Origin: Camelus dromedarius
Taxonomy: Eukaryota
NCBI RefSeq assembly: GCF_036321535.1
Contig: NC_087436.1
Span: forward strand, 122,452,001 to 122,516,000
Direction of reading: 5' to 3'
DNA length: 64,000 nucleotides
In this document: in pieces, positions 11,701 through 34,832 of the stretch
How positions within the stretch are numbered: position 1 is the first letter of the stretch
Layout: each line of letters starts with the position of its first letter
Made by a program: the position numbers and the translations under genes
Notes under the pieces: model-generated
The model's database searches: none
What the model was told of the DNA's origin: nothing
What the model saw: the letters and a program-made list of their open reading frames with translations, nothing else

Positions 11701-12348
11701 GATTCAAATACCGACGGTTGGCGTGCGCGGCCAATCGGCGTGCGGCTGGGGCGAGACGCACGGAATCGGCGGCCAATGGGAGGCCATGGCTGAGGCCGCG
11801 CCCACAAGGGGTTCCGCTTCCGGGGCTAGCGGTACGCTGGGCGTGGCGGACGCTGGAATTCTCGGTAACTGCGGCTCCCGCAGCAGGCGATGGGGAAAGG
11901 TTGCTCGTGGGCGGACTGTGCGCGGACCGCCGTCGCCCAGGAATCTCGAGCTCAGCTGCGGGCGCCCCTAGGCTGCGCGGAAAGGCCAGGGCCTGAGAAC
12001 CATTCGCCCGTGTCTCAGTTTCCCCAGCTGTGAAATGGGACCAGGTGCAGTGCCGCCCCCAAGGCAGGTCGTGAGAACCCAAACCCTCGCGAGGACTATC
12101 GCGGCGCTCACGACTTCTGCCGGGTGTGGGGCACGGGAACTCCATTTCCCAAAGTGCCCCGCGGGACCCTAGCTCCCAGAGCGCCGCGCGAGTGGTCTGA
12201 GAGTGGGGACTCCACTTCCCAGAGTGCCCCGCGCTGCCCGGCGCTTACCGGACCCGGACGCTGGGGCCTGCTCCGGGCGTCCGGGCAGCGGGTTTCGCCC
12301 GGAAGGCGGGCTTCTCCCGGACGGCTTCCCGGTGGGGACGGCGGCGCG

Positions 12349-12553
12349 ATGGACAGCCCTGAGGTTACGTTCACGCTGGCCTACCTGGTATTTGCCGTGT
12401 GCTTCGTGTTCACTCCCACCGAGTTCCACTCGGCCGGGCTCACGGTGCAGAACCTGCTGTCGGGCTGGCTGGGCAGCGAGGACGCTGCCTTCGTGCCCTA
12501 CCACCTGCGCCGCACGGCCGCCACGCTGCTGTGCCACTCGCTGCTGCCGCTTG
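12349..12553 (+). CDS. TMEM129: TMEM129 exon 1 coding part
   Basis: ATG in gcgATGg context; donor gtgagc. Confidence 0.96.
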
Positions 12554-15500
12554 GTGAGCTCGGTGGGCGGGGCGGCGCTCGAGGCCCAGCTCCGGGACCT
12601 CAGAGCGAGAAGAGACCGGGGAGGGCGCCCGGGTCAGAGCCTAGGCTGTGGGCTCGTGTGCTCCCAGGAGTGCGCTGGAGGGAAGTGGCGGCAGCTGGCC
12701 TCTTGCAGGCGGCAGAAAGGCAGGCTCAGAACCCTGCGGGAGGGGATGCTTCACTCACTGGGGCAAGTTGTGAGCTATCGCATGGGGGGCAGCTCCCTGT
12801 AGAAGAACGTGAGTTAACTGATGCCAGCATTGGTGGCCTGCCCCAGTCCTTGGAAGGTGGATGCAGGAAGGACAGGCAAAGAGCATGATGGCAGTAGGAA
12901 GTGTCACGGGTGCAGAGACCCGGAAAGGTGTGTATGTGGCCAGGATGCTCAGATGTTGCCAGGGGCTGTGCTGGGTAGTGACTCAGGTGTAGCTGGTCTC
13001 TGAGAGGCTGGCTTGAGGCCAGGTTGTGCCTGGGGGCTGCCTGCCTCATAGGGATGGAGGGCAGAGGAGAGCCCATGCCAGGACAGAGACTGCCTGCGTG
13101 GTGAGGTCGCTCCACCTAGCTCCCCTGTGAGGCAGGGAAACTCCGCAGGAGGAAAGTGTGGTTCAGAGTTTGGGTTCTCCTGAGGGTTGTGGATTGAGTT
13201 TCTGCTCTGGGAACTAAGGATTTCCGAAGTTTCTGGAACCTCTTAACTGCATGCCTCCCACCAGCCTGAGGGGGGCTGGGCCACCACCGTCCCACAGAAG
13301 GACAGGGAAACTGGGAAGTGAGCCAAGTGACTTCCCTGGGCCACACGAGGACGAAATGGTGGAGCCTGGCCTTAGAGTCAGACAAGGAGTTTTTCTTTTT
13401 TTAATTTGTTTTGCAATAGCTTTGAAACTTTATAGACCTGTTATCTATTGCTATGGGGTGAGAGAAAGTGTATTGGCTTAATCAATAGCGCTTGCTTTTG
13501 TTTTTGCAACTTCAAGCCTGTGCTGTGGGTCATTGTCTACCTCGTTATTGACATGCAAATTGGCCCCCATCTGGCCAGCAGGGTCCTGGAGCTGGCTCCC
13601 CTGATGTCCTTGTGACATGCCTGTGTCATACCTTGCTCACTGGCACACGATGTTCCAGTTCTGGGATGGCCATGCCCTTTTCTGCCTCCTCAGAGTGGGT
13701 GGGATCCAGAGGCCTGGATCTGGCCCCAGGAGGGCCAGTGGGCAGCTCTGCACTGGGTGACACGAGAGCCTTGTATTTTTGCTTTTGTAGGTTTTCCCCC
13801 TACTCATGTGTTATTTGTATGGAACTGAAGTAGTAAGATAAAAATGTTTTCTGCTGACAGGGTAAGGGCTGAGTTGGACCAGTTGTGGAGGCGGGTGAGG
13901 CTCACCTGCCCTAGGGTACCACGGCCTTGCCCTGGCCCAAGGATGGGGACTAAAGGAAGCCCCCCTGCCCCCAACAGGGATAGCCCTGTGGACCTCAGTG
14001 GGAACCTCCTGGAGAGGATGACAGCCTAGCAGCCCCCACCCCTGCTGAGGCTTGCTCTGTCCCTTGTAGGCTACTACGTGGGCATGTGCTTCGCAGCCTC
14101 AGAAAAGCGGCTCTACTTTCCCAGCCAGGCCCCGGAGACCTGGCGGGTCTTCCTCCTGCTGGCGGTGCTGCTGCCCACCATTGCCTGCACCCTTATCTAC
14201 TACTGGTCCCGGGACCAGTGGGCCCACCACCCCCTGGCCCGCACCCTGGCCCTCTATGCCCTGCCGCAGTCAGGCTGGCGAGCTGTCGCTTCCTCCGTGA
14301 ACACTGAGTTCCGGAGGATTGACAAATTTGCTACGGGGGCGCCGGGTGCCCGGGTGATTGTGACGGACACATGGGTGATGAAGGTGACCACGTACTGTGT
14401 GCACGTGGCCCAGCAGCAGGATGTGCACCTGACTGTGACGGAATCCCAGCAGCATGACCTCTCGCCAGACTCGAATCTACCTGTGCAGCTGCTTACCATC
14501 CGCGTAGCCAGCACCAGCCCTGCTGTGCAGGCCTTCGACATCCGGTAGGCTTGCCCACGCCTGGCCAGCACCCAAGATCTGGTGTTTGTCTTACTCAAAG
14601 GTGATGGTGGGTGGGAGCTGGTCCCTCCAGTGTGCCCCTCCCTCAGGGCGGCACTGCCCACCCTAGGCCGCCTTGCTGGCCCCGTCTTCTCAGGTACTCT
14701 CAGCTTCCTCCTTCTTCACTTCTCATCTGAGCTGCCTTCTGCAGCTTCTCAGGGGGAGCCCCACAGGGATGTTTGGGGGTCACTGTACCGGACACAGGCT
14801 TGGGCTGGAGCCGAGGTCCTCCTGTCTAGTTCAGGCTGTGGCCGGCCTGCTGTGCTCCTCCTGGGACATGCCTTGGGCCTGAATCTACTGAGGGCCAGGC
14901 ACTCGGTGTCTTAGCTACCATCCTTCAACCTCGCTGTGTCCTGGGAGGGCGGTGGTCAGCTGGGCAGCGCTGGGTCTGTGGGCTCGGCGCTCTGGCCATT
15001 TTTGCTAGCTGGTCTTCATCTGGCAGCCAGGCTGTGCCTGAGTCCCCATGTTCCGTGTGGTCATGGGTGCCTCGCTCACTGCGGCACAGACTCGGCCTCC
15101 CTGCCACTGCCCCAGGGTCCTTGCCAGCCTGCCTGGGAAGGATGGCCCTGCCCTGCAGAGGCCTCAGTCCAGTGGTCCAGCCCAGCAGCAACCACCTCAT
15201 GCAGGCTGAACTCCACGGAGTACGGTGAGCTGTGTGAGAAACTCCGGGCACCCATCCGCAGCGCGGCCAACGTTGTCATCCACCAGAGCCTGGGCGACCT
15301 GTTCCTGGAGACATTTGCCTCCCTGGTGGAGGTCAACCCGGCCTACTCAGTCCCCAGCAGCCAGGTGGGGGCCTGGGTGGGTGATGGATTCCCACATCTC
15401 CTGGGGTGGGGGGCTCTATAGGCCGGGGCCCCTGTGACCACCTTGGCCTGCTGCAGGACCTGGAGGCGTGCATCGGCTGCATGCAGACACGTGCCAGCGT

Positions 15501-15705
15501 GAAGCTGGTGAAGACCTGCCAGGAGGCGGCGGAGGGCGAATGCCAGCAGTGCTACTGCCGCCCCATGTGGTGTCTCACCTGCATGGGCAAGTGGTTCGCC
15601 AGCCGCCAGGATCCGCAGCGCCCGGACACCTGGCTGGCCAGCCGAGTGCCCTGCCCCACCTGCCGTGCGCGCTTCTGCATCTTGGATGTGTGCGCTGTGC
15701 GCTAA
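12349..15705 (+). CDS. TMEM129: E3 ubiquitin ligase TMEM129 (ERAD; N-terminal membrane segments plus C-terminal Cys-only RING), 4 exons, 362 aa
   Basis: Exons 12349-12553, 14070-14544, 15205-15364, 15457-15705 total 1089 nt. Starts MDSPEVTFTLAYLVFAVCFVF; RING CIGC...CYCRPMWCLTC...CPTC. Confidence 0.97.
13290..13380. mobile_element. MIR SINE core fragment
   Basis: cagggaaactgg...aagtgacttccctgggccacac resembles the MIR core. Confidence 0.5.
14070..14544 (+). CDS. TMEM129: TMEM129 exon 2
   Basis: ttgtag acceptor, gtaggc donor; GYYVGMCFAA...AFDIR. Confidence 0.96.
15205..15364 (+). CDS. TMEM129: TMEM129 exon 3
   Basis: LNSTEYGELCEKLRAPIR...VPSSQ; AG/GT flanks. Confidence 0.94.
15457..15705 (+). 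CDS. TMEM129: TMEM129 exon 4 coding part (RING)
   Basis: DLEACIGCMQ...CILDVCAVR*. Confidence 0.96.
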   Translation, partial: DLEACIGCMQTRASVKLVKTCQEAAEGECQQCYCRPMWCLTCMGKWFASRQDPQRPDTWLASRVPCPTCRARFCILDVCAVR

Positions 15706-16929
15706 GCCTGTCGGCCCTTCTGGGGATACCACAGGCTCTCTTTTCCCAGCGTAGCATCTCACCTGTTCCCCGAAGCTGCAGAGGGACCAGGGCTTTTGTT
15801 TTAAAAAGAAGTTTCCTGCTGAAGTTCTGTCTGCGGCGGTGGGACTGGTCTTCACTGCCTCTGCCTCCTCTCCGTTCCTCTGGGTAGGGGAAGGTGCTGG
15901 ACACAGGACGTGCTATCGGCTCCATCTCCAGAGCCTTCTGGGGCCCCTAGCTGGGTTTTGGGAGACCCTGTGGTCTGCCCCAGATGGCCCTAACCTGAGC
16001 CACTTGCCTTAAACTTATGGGGCACATAAATTTTAACTGCTCTTTGGTGACATGACAGACCCAAATTTTTCCAGCAGATTTTACTTTAGTCTATTCTGCT
16101 CCTGTCCCCAAGCTGGCTGTGGCCCTGTTGTTTTGGCACCCTCTACTCCCCATGGAGGACCTGGCACAGAGCCTGCTGATGGAGGGGGAAACCTGGGGTT
16201 CTGTTCCAGGGTCTCCTGGTGGTTGCAACCAGCCAAGGGCCTGCTCCTAGGTGGGTGGCCCCTACCTGCTCCCTTTCCAGGGATACCCTGGGCTTCCTAT
16301 CAGGGGCCGGGTGAGGGGCTCGCTGCTTACAGCTGCCATTCCCTTAGTTGTGTGCTTATGGGGGTTGCCTACCCCTTGAAGGGGCATGTACCCACCCACG
16401 TGCCTTCTGTTGCTGCTGCAAGTCCGGGGAACAGGCCAAGTCTCAGGCTTCTGGTAGGGAAAACATTGAATTGAAGACCAAGCACCACAGCAGCATTCTC
16501 TATCCGGACAAGCCTACTGGGACTCAGCACAAGGCTGGCCATAGCCCTGCAGGGTCCACCTGTTTCAGAAGGGGATGTGCCCAGTGGTCAAGGCAGTGAC
16601 AGCTGCCTTCCCACTTCCCAGTGGTGCAGGTGGGGAGCAGGGAGGGAACTGCCAGGCGCCAAAGTACAGCTCTCACAGATGTGGCTATTGGAGCAGCTCT
16701 GAGCCCCCTAAAAAAACGCTGGGATTTGGGAGCGAGATGGCCCAGCTTTGTGGTCCTCAGGGACGCTCACAGATGGAGGCCGTCAGAGGGGCAGCCAGGA
16801 GCCATGCCCAGCCTCAGCCCGGAGTTTCAAACCCTGGCAAGGGAGAGCCAGGCCTGCAGTTTTTTCTACAGAAGGAAGTTACTTAGTTTTATAAAGGTAA
16901 ATCTATTGTAGGGAAGTGATACGCTATTT

Positions 16930-16935
16930 AATAAA
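16930..16935 (+). terminator. TMEM129: TMEM129 polyadenylation signal AATAAA
   Basis: AATAAA in an AT-rich patch followed by T-rich sequence, ~1.2 kb after the stop. Confidence 0.75.
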
Positions 16936-18113
16936 ATGTTAGTATGACCATTATATGTATTTTCTTAATTGCAATGCTTTTTCTTTGGTAACAGTTGGGG
17001 GAAGGCCCTCCTAGAAGTGGCAGCTTTGATGTGCACATTTTGTTCAGAATAAGACGAAAAAGGAGGTCGACTGTAGGAGTCTTCCCCTCTGATTTCCTAG
17101 CTGGGGGGCAAGGGTCTCAAAAAGCCCAAGTCCTGGGCACCTTTGTTGAAGGGTCCTGGGGGGTTGGGGGGGGTCAGCATGCAAGGGCCCATGTGGGGGG
17201 ACCCGGTGGCCCAAGGTGGTGGGCCCTGCTGGCTGAGGATCCCTGTGCTCTCTGCTGTGTTTGGTGGGGTGCCTGGGTGGCTCAGGACGGCAGCTTGCGT
17301 TGGGGAGCTCCTCGACAGCACGTGCTTCCTGCTCCCTTATATCGCGGCTAGACCGCGAATGTATTTAGAAAGCACTACGTGCAACCCATGAAAAAAAACA
17401 CAGGTGGACTAGAATTTTCTACATCCCAAATGTCTTTGACTTTTCTTTCTTTGACTTGGGCCGTTCCCTTTACCTTGGTTTTGTTGTTGTGTTTGGCACA
17501 CAGCATCAGCACTTAACGCAAGGAGGCTGGGCCGAGGCCCCGCCGGGTTGGGTACCGGGTGGGGGTCCCGGAGGGCCGGCGGAGGCAGGGAGTTAGCGCG
17601 GGAGGTGGCGCTGAAAGCGGCAGAAGTGAGCCGTGCTCAGGGCTGAGAAGTGACGGGGGATCGCGGGGCCGGGCATCAGACGCCGGCAGCGAGTTCCTGT
17701 GCAGACTTAGGTGGCTGAAGACTGCAGCCCGACTCCGCCCTGCGGCCACCCTTTCCGGGTTTCCGGTTCCCGCCAGCGCCGACACTGCCCCTCCCTGGGC
17801 CGGCCAATCAGAGGCCGCCCTTGCCGAACCGACCAATCGGAGACCACCCCAAGCCGGGACGGGCCAGTTGGAGACGCGTCGCTTGCTCCCGGGCGCGCCC
17901 GCCTCGCCCTCACCCGAATCTCCCGCCATTACCCACCCCCGCCCGCGAAGGCGTGGCCAATCAGCGTCCGAGGGTTGCGGCGGCCCGGCCGCGTCCATGC
18001 CGGAGGGGCCAAGCTTTTTCTGGAACCTCGCCTCGGTCAACCCGGCGGCTCCCCTCCGCCTGCCGGACGGCAGCGTGCGGGGCCGCGATCTCGCGGCTCC
18101 CGCCCGGGCCTAG

Positions 18114-29275
<11,162 letters not shown>

Positions 29276-30044
29276 CTGGTACGGCCGCACCATCCAGGCA
29301 CCGGCTGAGCCCTGCCCTGTGTTCTTAGCTGGCTGGTTTCTGTTAACAGCTTCTTGTCTCATGGTGGATTGTTGTTCTTGCCATATATCCTTAAGAAACA
29401 TTAATTTTATGAATAGGGGGTGCATTTTGCATGTTTTAAACTGTAAATGGAACTAAATCCAAGGGAAGTGGAACTTGAAGCAATCTTGCCACGACCTTAA
29501 TTGCTTTTAATCTCTACCATCTTTGGGTTAACGTGACAAGCATATTTTAACTGGTTTTCCACAAGTATGTTGAACGTTAAGTTGCTGCCTGTCAGGTGGC
29601 CGCTTGGGTTTACAGCCGTTCACAGGACCACGCCGGCGCCGGCTTTCTCTGCTGGTGTCTGACCAGGTGGTCTCCGCGGGTCCCTTTCACACTTTTATGG
29701 AAACTGGATATTTGGCTGCTTGTCAGTAAGTCAAGGTGGCTTTTTCCTCATCCAGAGCACTGAATAGTCAGATTTTAAATTGAGCTGGTAAGTTAATGGG
29801 TTTTACGTAAGTTATACAGTCTTAGTTTGGTACTTGTAAATAGCACTAGGTAGGCCATCTACCCTCCAAGAGCTGAGGCAGCAGAGGGATTTAGAAAGCA
29901 TGTTTTTTTTACAATCAGTTAATTTACCATGTAAAATTGCTGTAAATGATAATGTGTATAGATTTTCTGTCTAAATATTCACTTGTAAACTTCTTGTTCA
30001 GACTGCTTTGTTTTTATTGCTTTTGTATGGAATGACATTGCAAA

Positions 30045-30050
30045 AATAAA
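30045..30050 (+). terminator. SLBP: SLBP polyadenylation signal AATAAA
   Basis: AATAAA at the end of a ~780-nt AU-rich 3'UTR, where composition switches back to GC-rich. Confidence 0.85.
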
Positions 30051-30869
30051 AAGGAAAGAACCTTCTTTAACTGACTTACTATGTTGCCAGGTAGGCCAGC
30101 TGCTGTGGTAGATCCTGCGGTTGGAGGGGCCGAGGGGGTGTCTGTCCTGTCAGTGCCCGGGGAGGGTGGCTCACAGTGGGGGAGAATCATGGCCCAGGCT
30201 TTAGCCCCCCACCCCCGCTGTGCACGACCTCCTTTTGACAGGCTCGGGGCTCCAGCCTGAGCTCTCAGTCGGGCTGCAGCCAGGCCCAGACCTGGTCAGC
30301 GCAAGGCTCGCCACACTGGGTGTGTGCTCTCCTTAGACCCAGGTTTCCTGGCTGGAGGGTGTGTGTGCCCGTCAGCCTTGCCTACAAAGCCAGGGGCCTA
30401 GGCTTGATGCCTGTTCGGTAGCTGGGTGACGGCCTTTCCCTGTGTCCAGAGACAACCGGGGCCATGCAGTCCACCCTGGAGCGGAGTGAGCGTGGGACCC
30501 GGTCCTGAGGGGTTGCCCTGCCCTCCGAGTCTTCTTGGTTGTATACGTGGCCCCTGGCAGCCGTGTGCAGACGTTGCCCCCAGCCTGCGGCCATGGCCGT
30601 GTTCCCTGTGGGTGCCCCCCGGGAGCTGAGCTGGCTTCAGGCAAGGGCTGGGCTTGGGCAGCTTGGTTTAAGGTGCCGTGAAGGGCAGAAGCCCTTCCTG
30701 TTCATGTTCCTTGGGCTCGTACCACAGGTTAGGCCATCTGATAGACACTGGGGTGTGCTGGAGATGATGCCCCTTAGAGCACTCAAGCTCTGATGGGGAC
30801 TGAGGTTGGCAGTGGGATGTCAAGGTTAAGGGGTAAGGGCAGAGAGAAGGGTGGGGGAGCGGGGTCACT

Positions 30870-31320
30870 GAGTGTTCTTGCGGGGTGGTTGGGAGATGCC
30901 TGATAAGGTGGCGTGTGAGCAAAGATGTGCTGCCTGGCAGAGCGTTCACTCCAGGGGCAGCAAATGCAAAGGCCCTGCAGTGGGAGTGTGGTGTAGGGAC
31001 CGTGGAAAGAGCCCTCAAAGGTGGGAGGGACCTGGTGGCTGGCAGTGGGCGGGCGCTGGAAGGACCTACAGGAGCCAGCTTGTGAGAGGAGCTGTGAGGA
31101 AGGTGCAGGGGCACCTCGGGGGCCTTGGGGAGATGGCTAGTGAGGCCGGTGGAGAGGCGCAGGAACACTGGAAGCCAGGGCAGAGTGGGTCCTGGCCCCA
31201 GGTGACAACACTGAGCAGCCCTGTTGTGAGCAGGGGGCAGGGTAGTGGTGGAGGACAACTGTGTGCCTAACAAGCTGGATGCTCCAGCGAAATGGCCATG
31301 CCAAGCCCTGAAGGAGCCTG
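30870..31320. mobile_element. Probable L2 LINE fragment
   Basis: ccaggggcagcaaatgcaaaggccctgcagtgggagtgtg is typical of L2; boundaries approximate. Confidence 0.5.
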
Positions 31321-31631
31321 TGGCTTCCTGCTGCTTGGACAGAACGAACGAGAAGCTCCGGGAAGGGCTCTTGGTGTGAAGGTGTGCCCTTCCTGGTCCG
31401 CGTGCCCAGCCTTCCCGGGTGGCGGGCGGGGCGAACCCTGAGGGACGTCAGAGCAAAGGTCAGATGTAGAGGGCGGTCAGGAAGACCCGCGTGTTGTGCC
31501 GCTGGGGCTGGGGCTGTGAAAAGCTTGTTGGGACCTTGAGAACTGGGGGGTCTTTCCAGCAAGTAACAGGGCTTGTAAGAAGCTTGAGAGCTTGTCCCTC
31601 AGGAGCCCGAGACGGAGGAGAGCTTATTAGT

Positions 31632-32566
31632 ATTTTTAATTCTTATCTTTTATTGACGTGTAGTTGATTTGCAGTGTTAGTTCCAGGTGTACAGCAAAGT
31701 GATCAGTTGTACATACACATACGTACTTTCTTTTCAGATTCTCTTCCGTTACACGTCATTATAAGAAATTGAATCTAGTTCCCCGTGCTGTACAGTAGGA
31801 CCTTGTCTGTCTTTTTCATGTATAGTAATGTGGGTCTGTTAATCCCCAACCCCTAATTTATCCCTTCCTGCCCTTTCCCCTCTGGTACCCATAGTTTGTT
31901 TTCTATGCCCGTGAGTCTGTTTTTGGTTTGCAAATAGAATTCGTATCATTTTTTTCTTAGATTCCACAAATAAGTGATACATACTTGTCTTTCTCTGATT
32001 TACTTGACTCAATATGATAATCTCTAGGTCTATCCATGTTGATGCAAAGGGCATTATTTATTTTTTTTATGGTTGGGTAGTAGTCCACTGTATAAATGTA
32101 CCACAGTTTCTTTATCCAGTCATCTGTCAGTGGACATTTAGGCTGCTTCCATGTCTCGGCTGTTGTAAGTAGTGCTGCTGTGAACACTGGGGTGCATGTG
32201 TTGTTTTGAATTATAATTTTCTCTGGATACATGCCCAGGAGGGGGGTAGCTGGATCACATGGCAAGTCTATTTTTAGCTTTTAAGGAACCTTGATACTGT
32301 CCTCCATAGTAGCTGCACCAAACTGCATTCCCACCAGCACTGTAGGAGGGTTCCCTTTTCTCCACAGCCTCTCCAACATTTGTCATTTGTGGGCTTTTGA
32401 ATGATGGCCATTCTGGCTGGTGTGAGGTGACACCTCATTGTAGTTTTGATTTGCATTTCTCTGATAATTAGTGAAATTGAGCATCTTTTCATGTGCCTGC
32501 TGGCCACCTGTATGCCTTCTTTACAGAGATGTCTATTTAGGTCTCCTGCCCATTTTTCGATTGGGT

Positions 32567-32597
<31 letters not shown>

Positions 32598-33379
32598 AAG
32601 CTGTATGAGCTCTGTTTGTTTATTTTGGAAATTAGTCTCTTGTCAGTCGGATAGTTTGCAAGTATTTTCTCCCATTTTGTAGGTTATCTTTTCATTTCGT
32701 TGAAGGTAGCCTTAGCTGCGCAAAAGCTTTAAAGTTTAATTAGGTCCCATTTGTCTATTTTTGCTTTTATTTCCATTACTCTAGGAGATAGACCCAAAAA
32801 AGTACTGCTGCGATTTATGTCAGCGTGTTCTGCCTCTGTTCCCATTTAGGAGTTTCCTAGTGTCTGGTCTTGTTTTAGGTCTTCAGTCCCTTTTGAGTTG
32901 ACGTGTGTATATGGCGTTAGGGGAGGTTCTAATTTCATTCTTTCACAGGTAGCCGTCCAGTTTTCCCAGCACCACTTATTGAAGAGACTGTCTTTTCTCC
33001 ATTGTGTGTTCTTGCCTCCTTTGTCACAGATTAATTGACCAAGAGTGTGTGGGTTTATTTTTGGACTTTCTATCCTGTTCCATTGATACATGTGTCTGTT
33101 TTGTGCCAGGACCAGACTATTTTGATCTGTAGCTTTGTAGTATAGTCTGAAGTCAGGGAGCGTGATTCCCCCATCTCTGTTCTCCTTTCTCAAGATTATT
33201 TTGGCTATTCGTGGTCTTCTGTGTTTCCATGCAAATTTTAACATGTTTTGTTGCAGTTCTGTGAAAAATGTCATTGGTAATTTGACAGGAATTGCATTGA
33301 ATCTGCAGATTGCCTTGGGTAATATGGCCATTTTGGCAACATTGGTTCTTCCAATGCAGGAACATGGTACATCTTTCCT
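31632..33379 (-). mobile_element. 5'-truncated LINE-1 (ORF2 C-terminal part plus 3'UTR), frameshifted
   Basis: Track ORFs [19 protein letters not shown]..., [25 protein letters not shown]..., PCDPATPLLGMYP...WKQPKCP and MPFASTWIDLEIIILS are L1 ORF2 C-terminal segments in different frames. Confidence 0.95.
32571..32597. repeat. (TA)n microsatellite inside the L1
   Basis: tatatata... run of about 13 units. Confidence 0.9.
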
Positions 33380-34154
33380 CTGGGTCGTGAGAAGGGCTTA
33401 TTTTGAGGAGACCTCTGTGTGTGGCTTTTGTCTAATTGAACCCCAATAAGATTCATAGGAGACCCGAAAAGCTTTTGAAAGAAGTACAGTGGCAAAACAC
33501 TGCTGGTTTGGACTGAAAAGGACCATGAAACTAAAAGAGGCCTCTGGGCCCTTAAGAGTCTGCTGGCAGGAAGCAGGCTGACAAGACTACCCCGTTGTGA
33601 ACACATGCTACCTTCCATGCAAAAGGAAGGGAAGTTCAGAGGTGGAGCCATGGGGCCCAGAGGCAGGGTCAGGGGGTGTAGAGAGTCACTGGTGGAGCAA
33701 GGAACAGCCGTGGCCGGTGGTCCTGTGCACCCCCTCCCCGCCCACCCCTCTGAACAGCAGTGTCGGCAGCAGGTACCCCGGGTTTGGCCCATGAATGCTG
33801 GGGGGGTGTGTTTGGTGGGGCCTGAGGACAGGGTGCAGGGAAGCTGTCTCTCTGGTTCAGAAGTCTTCAGACTGAGAGGAAGTTCACACCAGGAGGTGTG
33901 CTCAGGCAACTCCATCCACAGAGCTGGTCTCGGTGATGAGATTCTGGGCTTTGGGCTGGTGCTCTTGTGGGATGAGACTTGGGGGCTTTGGGAAGATGGT
34001 AAGTAATTTGTGGCCAGAGAGTGGCCTGTGGTGGCCCTGAGGGACAGGTAGGGAGGCTGGGCTGGCGGGAGCAGGGGTGGCGATGGATGAGGTCTGGGGG
34101 CGGGGCGGGCAGCTGGGGGGTCATGCACAGGGGGCACCTGACTCAGGTTCTGGA

Positions 34155-34256
34155 TTTTTTTTTCAGGGGGAGGTAATTAGGTTTATTTATTTTAACGGAG
34201 GTACTAGGGCTTGAACCCAGGACCTCGGCCTCATGCATGCTGAGCATGTGCTCTAC
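34155..34256 (-). mobile_element. tRNA-derived SINE of camelid type, 5'-truncated
   Basis: - strand ggtagagcacatgctcagcatgcatgagg...tcctgggttcaagccctagtacctcc...aataaataaacctaattacctccccc plus A tail; B-box GGTTCAA; flanks ctcaggttctgga / ctcagattctgca. Confidence 0.85.
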
Positions 34257-34832
34257 CTCAGATTCTGCAAGAATCACCCTGGCTACTGGCTTTTGCATCA
34301 CATTATTTGGATGGAACGCGCTCACGCATCGGGGAACTCGATCTTTCGACTAAAAGTGCTGTAAGCTAATATGTGTGTGTGAGAGCTACCAAACCCTTGG
34401 CTGGGCCGGAGTGGTCTTTATTCTTGACTCTTGTATGTGGAACCAAGACGTGTCAGAACTAAATTGAATTTGTCCAGCATGATTAATTCTTCATAGTTCC
34501 AGGCTGATTGCTATCTTGTTTCCGTTGGACATTCATTTTCCTATCTTCCCGTCTAGAGATGTGCTCAGCTTATCAGGCTGTCATCCTATGTCCCCAACTT
34601 ACTTCTTTTTGTGTGTGTGGAGCCGGTCTTGTTTCCGGCTAGTCCGTCAGGATCCTGCCCCTCCCCTCACCCCCAACCCCCAGGACTCTTTTTCAGCGAT
34701 TCTCCCATCAAGTTGCTGATTCCTCTGTCCTTCTGCAGGAAGACGCCGATGGAGCATCCCAGGTGAGTCAGCAGCTTCCACTTGAACCAAAAGGGTGCAC
34801 TTCGACCCAGGGGAGCGCTCTTCTCTCTCTCC

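Larger units (their letters stand above)
11150..12700. promoter_or_regulatory. CpG island / bidirectional promoter shared by TACC3 (-) and TMEM129 (+)
   Basis: Very high GC and CpG content; divergent genes; CHR TTTGAA (11708-11703, -); CCAAT at 11731 and 11773; ZNF143-type motifs at 12139-12233. Confidence 0.9.

Noticed and set aside
11063..12145. Several 180-270 aa ORFs in the TACC3/TMEM129 CpG island (likewise 17513-18745 and 39376-40986)
   Set aside because: Arg/Gly/Pro/Ala-rich translations open in many frames at once, typical of CpG islands; no homology signal.
31839..33331. Reverse-transcriptase-associated ORFs as a novel retro-system
   Set aside because: Ordinary L1 ORF2 C-terminal fragments, broken by frameshifts and 5'-truncated; inactive.
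34200..34256. tRNA-like sequence with a B box
   Set aside because: It is the truncated head of a SINE with a poly(A) tail and TSD, not a full tRNA cloverleaf.
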